Source: Halomicronema hongdechloris C2206 (GTDB lineage: Bacteria; Cyanobacteriota; Cyanobacteriia; Phormidesmidales; Phormidesmidaceae). Taken from it: a DNA stretch of 32,000 nucleotides. The position numbers and the translations under genes are program-made. The first letter of the stretch is position 1, and the number at the start of each line of letters is the position of its first letter. The notes under the pieces were generated by a model. That model was given only the letters and a program-made list of their open reading frames with translations, did no database searches and was not told the origin of the DNA. The DNA lies in assembly GCF_002075285.3 (NCBI RefSeq), contig NZ_CP021983.2:2820001-2852000 (forward strand), read 5' to 3'. This document shows, piece by piece, positions 8,914-15,539 of this stretch.

Positions 8914-9036
8914 TTGACTGACAAAAGATTCTGCATTGGGCGCGGAAACCGCGCCCTTACCAGATTTCGGATGCTGTAGGGGGCAGGTTCCCTGCCCCTT
9001 TGGATAGTCTGGGTTCTAGCAGGTTTTGTCAGTCAG
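8914..9036. repeat. MITE-like structured element (13-bp terminal inverted repeats enclosing two GC hairpins)
   Basis: Seen: TTGACTGACAAAA (8914-8926) matches TTTTGTCAGTCAG (9024-9036) as a 12/13 inverted repeat. Inside lie the hairpins GGGCGCGG-AAA-CCGCGCCC and GGGGCAGG-TTC-CCTGCCCC. CTTGCCAGG occurs just outside both ends (8901-8909, 9042-9050). The 33-nt piece 8929-8961 recurs at 17979-18011 with 2 mismatches. Confidence 0.4.
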
Positions 9037-9186
9037 TGAGGCTTGCCAGGACCCTCATTTCTAGGCAAGATAAGGGATATCGTGTTTGCTAGTTAGCGAA
9101 TGGCAAGGCTGAGGGCTATGCAACTGAGCCTGAGGTCAGTTGACTGGCTAGCAATAGTGGTAGGCGCATCATAGGAGCTAGCCTGG

Positions 9187-9780
9187 ATGGAGGCAATGGA
9201 CTTTTTCCGCTTGAGCGAGGGGCACTGGCGGTCGCAGCGGACCACCCATCATCTGCCCTTCCGGCGGGCTGAGCTGGGCATGCTGCAGATCGAGGCCCAA
9301 GCCTTGGAGGCAGATGACCCCAAGGTAGTCGAGATCTGCCAGTTGCATGAGATTGATCCATCCCTGGCCATTGGTGGGGCGTCGGTGCAATGGCAAGGCT
9401 CGATGGCCTGGGATCAAGATGACAATGGTCACTCGGGCTCGACGATTCTAGCTTTGGTGCCGGATGAGCAGCAGCCCCATCAGGGCAGTCTACTGCGGGA
9501 ACGAGGCTATGCCGAAATTGTGCCCGTGGTGGGTCGCTATGAAGTGGATGAGCAAGATGGGCTGGTCTTGATCACAGAATATGAAACCATGAGTTCCATT
9601 GAGCGGTTCTGGTTCCCTAACGCCAATCTGCGACTACGCACCAGCACCGTGAAGCGATTCGGTGGATTTAGTACAGCCTCATTCTGCGCCGAAACCCGTC
9701 TTGATCTGCCTGCTAGCCGTGATGAGTCAGCCCCAGCCACCGACCTCCAGTCTCAGTTTTACTCCGTTATGGGTTGGTGA
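9187..9780 (+). CDS. cpcS: Phycobiliprotein chromophore lyase, CpcS/CpeS family
   Basis: Seen: MEAMDFFRLSEGHWRSQRTTHHLPFRRAE...RERGYAEIVPVVGRYEVDEQDGLVLITEYETMSSIERFWFPNANLRLRTSTVKRFGGFSTASFCAE. Known: FFxxSxGxWRSQRTTHHL and SSIERFWF..NLRLRTS are the CpcS-family hallmarks. Confidence 0.9.
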   Translation: MEAMDFFRLSEGHWRSQRTTHHLPFRRAELGMLQIEAQALEADDPKVVEICQLHEIDPSLAIGGASVQWQGSMAWDQDDNGHSGSTILALVPDEQQPHQGSLLRERGYAEIVPVVGRYEVDEQDGLVLITEYETMSSIERFWFPNANLRLRTSTVKRFGGFSTASFCAETRLDLPASRDESAPATDLQSQFYSVMGW

Positions 9781-9793
9781 GCCTGAGCCAGAT

Positions 9794-10330
9794 GTGGATT
9801 GGGCCCTACGCGGGACAGACTATCTGGCGACGCTGCGACAGTGGGCCTATCGCTCTGACATGATCGAGCTGCGGGGAGAGCTGCGGCAGCGGTTGCAGAT
9901 GTGCGAGTGGATTGGCCACAACATCCATCGAGTTAATCAACACCTCAACCAGCTGCTAGCCGATTGCCAGGCCTGCTTCCATCCTCAGGCGCGGCCGCCG
10001 GTGCATATCTTGGCGGCTCCCTTGGCGGAACGGATGAGCTTAGATGGATTCTGTAATCTCAGCAGCCAGCCCATCACCCTCTTCATCGATGTGGGCTGCC
10101 TAATTCCCGACGACTGGTTGGGGGTGATTGCCCATGAATATACCCATGCTGTGCTGAGATCGCCAGGCCATGATCAGGGGTTTGGCCGAGTATTGTCCCA
10201 CCTTTGCCTGGGCTTGGGGTTGCCTGTGCCCCCATCCGATGCCCTCGAATCTGGCCGCTTGGCCGTTTGGCCTAGGCATCACACTAAGGCCGACCCAGCC
10301 GATTTCTGGCAAGGGAACACCATGTATTGA
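9794..10330 (+). CDS. Hypothetical protein with HExxH motif (putative metallopeptidase-like)
   Basis: Seen: the ORF is open from 9662 and contains VIAHEYTHAVL. Candidate starts are GTG 9794 (14 nt after the cpcS stop) and ATG 9722 (59-nt overlap with cpcS). The family is not recognised and the start is uncertain. Confidence 0.5.
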   Translation: MDWALRGTDYLATLRQWAYRSDMIELRGELRQRLQMCEWIGHNIHRVNQHLNQLLADCQACFHPQARPPVHILAAPLAERMSLDGFCNLSSQPITLFIDVGCLIPDDWLGVIAHEYTHAVLRSPGHDQGFGRVLSHLCLGLGLPVPPSDALESGRLAVWPRHHTKADPADFWQGNTMY

Positions 10331-10366
10331 GAGGTCTGTGACATTGACAGCGGCTGGATTGAGTCG

Positions 10367-10975
10367 CTACTGGGTGTGGAGGGGGATGACTTGTCCGGGT
10401 TCGATGACCACGACCCGTTGGGCGGTGACGTTGCCCACAGCGGCCCCGGCAGCGGCGCCTCCCAGGACTTCTAGTAGATCGATGTCACCGAAGATCTCGC
10501 CTAGGGCTGCTCCCCCGGCGGCACCGATGGCGGCATCGGTGAGAATAGCCCCTGTGTTGGTTTCTCGAGGATCTTTGACGTCGTGCAGGGGGTCGGATAA
10601 TGCTGTGAGGGAATAGGTGCGATGGCCCTCTCGGGCCGGTCTTTGACCATCGCGCACCTCGACGCTGGTAGCCACATATTGCAGCCCACCCTCAATGGGC
10701 TCAAACTGCCCGCGGATAACGCTACCAGCGGGAAGGGTGATGCCGTTCCAGCGGGTGGTCTCCCTCAATCTCAAACTGTGCTCTCTGACCTGATCATGGT
10801 TGAGATAGAGAGTATCGTCGATATTACTGTCGGCGTTGAGGCTGGTGGCTGTTTGGGCCTGGGCCTGGGGTTGGGTAAACAGGTCGGGGGAACGGCTGGG
10901 GGTCGTTTGGGCCTGAGCCACTTCACCAGTCGTTATGACCAGCAGCGGTATGGTAGCAAGCAGTAGACGGTTCAT
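10367..10975 (-). CDS. Hypothetical secreted protein with Gly/Ala-rich C-terminal segment
   Basis: Seen: ATG at 10973-10975 is preceded by GGAGGT. The product starts MNRLLLATIPLLVITTGEVAQAQ (signal-peptide-like). The C-terminal part is AAIGAAGGAALGEIFGD...GGAAAGAAVG. No family assignment. Confidence 0.6.
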   Translation of the reverse strand: MNRLLLATIPLLVITTGEVAQAQTTPSRSPDLFTQPQAQAQTATSLNADSNIDDTLYLNHDQVREHSLRLRETTRWNGITLPAGSVIRGQFEPIEGGLQYVATSVEVRDGQRPAREGHRTYSLTALSDPLHDVKDPRETNTGAILTDAAIGAAGGAALGEIFGDIDLLEVLGGAAAGAAVGNVTAQRVVVIEPGQVIPLHTQ

Positions 10976-11357
10976 GATCACCTCCAAGGTGACGAGCGAG
11001 GTAGATGGGTAGCGACAGGAGGCAGAGGTTAACAAAAGGTAATGGGGTTTGGCTGAGCCATTAGAGCAGGGGGGCTTTCTGATACCGCTCGGTATAGCGA
11101 GGGCTCCTGAAAGGAAGCTGAACCTCCCTTGAGTGGCTGATAAACGGTCTTCTAAAGCCGCGCTGATCTAGAACCACTCCTGTAGATAGATATATAGACG
11201 ACTCCAGGAAGGATAAGTTTCCGTAGGCAAGGTCCTAGATGCTGCAGTAGCTGGTGATGCGATCGCAATGAATGGGAAAATACCAAAGGCAATAGCTATC
11301 GGTTGTAATAAAAGTATTGTCCGTGAGCCAGCCTACGTTGAATTAAGAGGAATCCCC

Positions 11358-11927
11358 ATGAGACATGCTATTTGGGTTGTCTGTGCCGTCGTGCTGAGTT
11401 GGTTGCTGTGGACACCGCCTAGCTGGGCCTTCATCCAAGACGACGTTGACTTACTGCTAGATACCAATAGCTGTCCCGTCTGCATCCTCAATGAAGCCGA
11501 CCTCAGCGACCTCAATCTGCAAAAGGCCAACCTCAAGGTTGCCGTTCTGGCTGAGTCTAACCTGAAAGGCACCGATTTGACTAAAGCCAACCTAGTCTTG
11601 ACCGACTTTACCAATGCCGATCTCAGCGGAGCAGTTTTGGCCTCGGCTCAAATGAACGGCGCTAACCTTAACAAGGCTAAGCTAGCAGGCGCCGATCTGC
11701 ATGAGGCAGAGATGACCCAAGCCAACCTCGGCAATGCCGATCTGCGCAATGCCGATCTACGGGGAGCCATCATGCTGAGCGTCACCCTCGGCACCGCTGA
11801 CCTCACTGGTGCCAACCTGAAAGATGCCAACCTGCGGGGAGTGAATCGCAGCAGGGCTCGCTTCTGCAATACCATCATGCCTGATGGCGAAATCGAGAAT
11901 CGCAGTTGCCCTGAGCAAGGCAGCTAA
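11358..11927 (+). CDS. Pentapeptide-repeat protein with signal peptide
   Basis: Seen: ATG 11358 follows AAGAGG. The N-terminus is MRHAIWVVCAVVLSWLLWTPPSWA. Long A(D/N)LxG-type pentapeptide runs follow (ANLKGTDLTKANLVLTDFTNADLSGAVL...NADLRNADLRGAIM). Confidence 0.85.
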   Translation: MRHAIWVVCAVVLSWLLWTPPSWAFIQDDVDLLLDTNSCPVCILNEADLSDLNLQKANLKVAVLAESNLKGTDLTKANLVLTDFTNADLSGAVLASAQMNGANLNKAKLAGADLHEAEMTQANLGNADLRNADLRGAIMLSVTLGTADLTGANLKDANLRGVNRSRARFCNTIMPDGEIENRSCPEQGS

Positions 11928-12140
11928 CTCCCCTGCCCGCAAGTACAACGGCAATTTCTGTGCCAGTGTCCCTGAATAGACGGCGGGATAAGTTGAGCAA
12001 CTAGTCATTGGCCGAGGCGCTAGGGAGCAAAAAGGAGCAATCCAACTAGCGATCCTGGCGTACTCGCCCGCTCTAGGAGATATCTGGGAATAAAAATACC
12101 CATGCTGCGGTGCGTCACGCTGCGCTGACACACCCTACGA

Positions 12141-12336
12141 GCTCAGGACAAGCCGCCTTCTGCCTTCCCTTCGGCTTCGCTCAGGACAAGCTGCCTTCTG
12201 CCTTCCCTTCGGCTTCGCTCAGGACAAGCTGCCTTCTGCCTTCCCTTCGGCTTCGCTCAGGACAAGCTGCCTTCCGCCTTCTGCCTTCTGCCTTCTGCCT
12301 TCTGCCTTCTGCCTTCTGCCTTCTGCCTTCTGCCTT
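12141..12336. repeat. Tandem 38-bp repeat (3 full units and the start of a 4th) merging into (GCCTTCT)x8 heptamer array
   Basis: Seen: GCTCAGGACAAGC(C/T)GCCTTCTGCCTTCCCTTCGGCTTC occurs at 12141, 12179 and 12217, with a partial unit at 12255. GCCTTCT heptamers run from 12276 to 12331, followed by a partial unit. This is the same family as 8695-8785. Confidence 0.9.
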
Positions 12337-12342
12337 AGCGTA

Positions 12343-12972
12343 CTAGCCTAGGGACTTAGCATCTTGCCCATAGGCCTGCCAAGCCAAATCCACCAGCCCA
12401 TTGACAATGGCGGCTGCTACCACCGCACTGCCCTTGCGACCTGCGATACGGATATGGGGAATCAAAGAGTTCTTGAGGCGATCTTTAATGCCTTCAGCAT
12501 CGAGAAAGCTAGCCGGCGTTGCCACCACCAAAGCTGGACGCACTTGGTCCGCTTCAATTAAATCCACCAGGGCGGCCAAGGCAGTCTGGGAGGCGCCGAT
12601 GACGAAAATGCCTTCGGGATAACGATGGGCCAGGGTCTCAATCCCCCAAGCCGTGCCTGTTTTTCCCTTTTGGGGACGAGTCAGGGCATCCATGCTGCAA
12701 TAGACTGGGTTGGCAAAGGTGCCCTGAATCTCTGGGGTAATGCCCACCTGGACCATGGGCACATCGACAATAATAGTGGTGCGGGCTGCTAAAGCCGCCG
12801 CCCCAGACTGTAGCGCCTGGTCAGAAAAATGAATCAGGGTGGCGTAGTCAAAATCTGCTGTGGTGTAGATGACCCGCCGCACAATTTCATACTCCGACGG
12901 CGATAGGGTATGCTCTCCAATTTCACGGTCGATGAGCTTCAGGCTCTGAGCGTCGGTGACATGCCATTCCAT
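12343..12972 (-). CDS. cobH: Precorrin-8X methylmutase
   Basis: Seen: MEWHVTDAQSLKLIDREIG...EYEIVRRVIYTTADFDY...IIVDVPMVQVGI...IFVIGASQTALAALVDLI...PALVVATPASFLDAEGIKDRL...IRIAGRKGSAVVAAAIVNGL. Known: this is the CobH/CbiC pattern. The start is taken at the internal ATG (12970-12972), not the ORF-track start at 13035. Confidence 0.85.
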   Translation of the reverse strand: MEWHVTDAQSLKLIDREIGEHTLSPSEYEIVRRVIYTTADFDYATLIHFSDQALQSGAAALAARTTIIVDVPMVQVGITPEIQGTFANPVYCSMDALTRPQKGKTGTAWGIETLAHRYPEGIFVIGASQTALAALVDLIEADQVRPALVVATPASFLDAEGIKDRLKNSLIPHIRIAGRKGSAVVAAAIVNGLVDLAWQAYGQDAKSLG

Positions 12973-13089
12973 AACACGGCAGAGTTGGGGGAGACAGCTG
13001 GGCTTAATGGTATCCAGCTGTGGTTCCCATTGCAACTAGGGTCTCAGGCTTGCCTACTGCCACCGTCGAGCCCACCTAGCTCTCTGAGC

Positions 13090-13665
13090 CTAACTTTCTG
13101 AGGTAGAGGAGGCCCCAAACGCTGGCATCAGGTAGGCTACTAGGAAGCCGATGAGAAAGCCCATGACATTACGGAATAGGGGCAACAACTCTGTGGTGCG
13201 GCTGACCACGGGACCAATGCCAAAGGCAATGAACAGGATGCCCCACAGCGGGGAGAAAATCAGCATCCACTGCCAGGCAATGGCCTGTCCGGCCTTGCGA
13301 GGATGGGCCGCAAAACCACACACGAGCCCGCCAACCACCGATGTGACTAGCGTCAGGATCCACTGTTCTTGGGGCAGCCCAGGCACTACCTGACAACCGC
13401 CCTGGCTCAGGCAGGTTTCGATCGACTCCAGGGCGCTTAAGATGGCGCTGTCTTCCCCCTGTTCTCGCACGAAAAACTGGTTGCCATAGCGGGTTTGGAG
13501 TTCGATCCAAAAGGTGCGGGGGAGCAGCTCATAGGCGGCATCGCCGACGCGGAAGTTGAGCAGATTGCCGCCGCGGGGATCCGCAACTAGCATGATGCTG
13601 TGATCATCTAGGCCCCAAAAGTCTTTGACGGCTCTACCTGGGGTGCGATCGTATTGGGTCAGCAC
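13090..13665 (-). CDS. psb32: TPM-domain protein, Psb32/TLP18.3-like (C-terminal 191 codons; N-terminal part lies upstream in other frames)
   Basis: Seen: ..LTQYDRTPGRAVKDFWGLDDHSIMLVADPRGGNLLNFRVGDAAYELLPRTFWIELQTRYGNQFFVREQGEDSAILSALESIETCL plus C-terminal TM segments. Recall: this is very close to the plant TLP18.3 / cyanobacterial Psb32 core. The missing N-terminal half (signal peptide and ..LTSNQEERLDQELNRFEADTGWKLRV) is readable at 13666-13907 in shifted frames. Confidence 0.75.
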   Translation of the reverse strand: MLTQYDRTPGRAVKDFWGLDDHSIMLVADPRGGNLLNFRVGDAAYELLPRTFWIELQTRYGNQFFVREQGEDSAILSALESIETCLSQGGCQVVPGLPQEQWILTLVTSVVGGLVCGFAAHPRKAGQAIAWQWMLIFSPLWGILFIAFGIGPVVSRTTELLPLFRNVMGFLIGFLVAYLMPAFGASSTSES

Positions 13666-14054
13666 CCGTAACTTCCAGCCCGTGTCTGCTTCGAACCGGT
13701 TGAGTTCCTGGTCTAAGCGTTCTTCTTGGTTACTGGTAAGGGACTTGGGCTAGGTCGATGACAGAGGTAGGCTGCTGTGGCAATAACTCTGGGTTATCGA
13801 AGGCACGAGCTGCTGGGGCTAGCGACCACAGACCCACTACTAGTGCTCCTAGTAACAGCCCCCGCAGTAGCCGTTGAATTTCCCCGAACCTGATTAGCGT
13901 TTTTCATAGACCCCGGCTAAGACAACCTTTTGGTCAGCGCATTGCTACAAGCCAAGCACTCCGTAGCGTTGATATCTGACCGTTGAGTAGTTTATTAACA
14001 GTTGTTTACTGTTGTTTACTTAATTCTAATAGTAGGGAGTTTTGCCAGGACTCG

Positions 14055-14591
14055 TCAATTTAAGCACCCCCTAGCGCTGGTTCTGGGGAGACCTGGGGGG
14101 AGGGGGGGGAGGGGTAGCAGAGGGAGTCGAGGCAGAGTTATAGGAGTAGACGGGGACTTAGGGGCAGGGGGGCGTCTCCTCTGCTTGGGGGGGCGGCGGT
14201 GAGAGCGGGGGCGACGAGCGGGTTGCCCTGACCGCCGCCAGACTTTCCAGGCGGCCCTGACGCCAGCCCAGAGGCTGCGGCTCCCAATCTGGGCCTGATG
14301 GGCTTGCTGGCGAGCCACGGTAATACCCTGATCGACTTGCTTGACGATATCACCGGCCCGCTGCATGCTCTCGTTGACGTCATCGGTGAGTTCTGTCAGC
14401 TCTAGGCTGGTGAGGCGCAGGGCTTCTAGGGTGGGAGGCAGTTCCCGGTTAAGGGTGTCGAAGAGTTTTTCGGCGCTGCGGGCTGCCCGGGCTAGTTCCC
14501 GTAGGGCTGGCAGGATGGCAACCAAAACCGTCGTGACACTAATGGCCACGAGGCAAAAGGATAATACCAACCAGATGAGAGGAGACACCAC
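14055..14591 (-). CDS. DUF948-like membrane-anchored coiled-coil protein with Pro/Arg-rich tail
   Basis: Seen: an N-terminal TM segment (MVSPLIWLVLSFCLVAISVTTVLVAILPAL), then a helical segment (RELARAARSAEKLFDTLNRELPPTLEALRLTSLELTELTDDVNES). The tail is low-complexity (RRPRSHRRPPKQRRRPPAPK). The family call is from recall. Confidence 0.6.
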   Translation of the reverse strand: MVSPLIWLVLSFCLVAISVTTVLVAILPALRELARAARSAEKLFDTLNRELPPTLEALRLTSLELTELTDDVNESMQRAGDIVKQVDQGITVARQQAHQAQIGSRSLWAGVRAAWKVWRRSGQPARRPRSHRRPPKQRRRPPAPKSPSTPITLPRLPLLPLPPLPPGLPRTSARGCLN

Positions 14592-14606
14592 AGCGCTTTG
14601 GTTGCC

Positions 14607-14942
14607 TCACTCCTGGGATGGGGATTCGGCAGACAGCGAACGTTCTGATTGGGTCAGGCTATCGTAGGTGGCACGACTGGCGGCTTGGCCGGCTGCGATC
14701 GCATCTCGCAGCCGATCGAGGGTGTGGTCCCAATTTTTCAGCGTGGTTTCCGAGAGCCGATCGGCCTGCAGTTGTAAGGTACTGGAGAGATCTTCCACCA
14801 ACTCTGGCAGTGCATCGGCTGACTTTCGCAGCAGATGACGGGTTTCTCGTCCCGTGCGGGGAGCTGCCAGCAACCCAGCGGCGGTGCCGAGGGCCGTCCC
14901 CAGTAACATGCCGCCGAGGAAAGAGGCTGAATTATTTGCCAT
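14607..14942 (-). CDS. YtxH-domain protein
   Basis: Seen: ATG at 14940-14942 is preceded by GGGAGGAC. The product starts MANNSASFLGGMLLGTALGTAAGLLAAPRTGRETR. Known: FxxGxxxGxxxGxxxGLLxAPxSGxETR is the YtxH signature. Confidence 0.75.
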   Translation of the reverse strand: MANNSASFLGGMLLGTALGTAAGLLAAPRTGRETRHLLRKSADALPELVEDLSSTLQLQADRLSETTLKNWDHTLDRLRDAIAAGQAASRATYDSLTQSERSLSAESPSQE

Positions 14943-15023
14943 AACAGAGTCCTCCCATAACCTTGCCATTGATATTGTCTGCCTTGAGTCACGGTCCTGA
15001 CTCCTCGGGCAGGGCCAGGGCTA

Positions 15024-15353
15024 TCAAGACGAGCGCCCCAACCGCTGGCGACGCCGCAGGATGGCCGCTAGCCATCCCATGATCGAGACCAGCCGTCGTA
15101 TCAGTAACACCTGCTGTTGCAGCTGAGCGTATTGCTGGCGCAGTCGAGCAGTGCCCTGGCGGCCCAGATGCAGAGGGGTTTCTCGCAGGTGTCGTTGACT
15201 GTCCTGTTGCCAGGCCAGTAAGAGATCGGCCAAGCGAGATAGGTGTAGGCGCAGACGCCACAATCGCCAAGCCAGATAGAATCCGGCGGTTGCGATCGCA
15301 AGATTGAGGCCAACCACTACCAGTACCACCATGTCTCCCGTTTCCCCTGCCAT
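15024..15353 (-). CDS. Hypothetical small membrane protein
   Basis: Seen: the ORF has one hydrophobic segment (VVLVVVGLNLAIATAGFYLAW) followed by an Arg/Gln-rich helix. It is co-oriented with the YtxH and DUF948 genes. The start is ambiguous (15353 or 15332). Confidence 0.45.
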   Translation of the reverse strand: MAGETGDMVVLVVVGLNLAIATAGFYLAWRLWRLRLHLSRLADLLLAWQQDSQRHLRETPLHLGRQGTARLRQQYAQLQQQVLLIRRLVSIMGWLAAILRRRQRLGRSS

Positions 15354-15539
15354 CACCAGATGTCTCGCTCAGCTGCGACGAGTCAACAGCGCATTGGATC
15401 CGTCCCTGCCCCTTAGGGATAACTAACCCAGGGGATCCCTGCCATAAAATTGAATCCTAGCCGTGGCTCGATCATACTCGCAAGTGTGGCAGCCTGCAGA
15501 GGAGGTGAGGGGATTGTGGTGCAGACGGTGTCTCGGTCA

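Noticed and set aside
9662-9793. Long 5' extension of the HExxH ORF overlapping the last 119 nt of cpcS
   Set aside because: An overlap that long is unusual. An in-frame GTG at 9794 just after the cpcS stop is more parsimonious, although ATG 9722 cannot be excluded.
12110-12346. 78-aa plus-strand ORF (..[18 protein letters not shown]..); likewise the ORFs at 17963-18289
   Set aside because: These are translations of heptamer/38-mer repeats (periodic peptides). There is no independent coding evidence.
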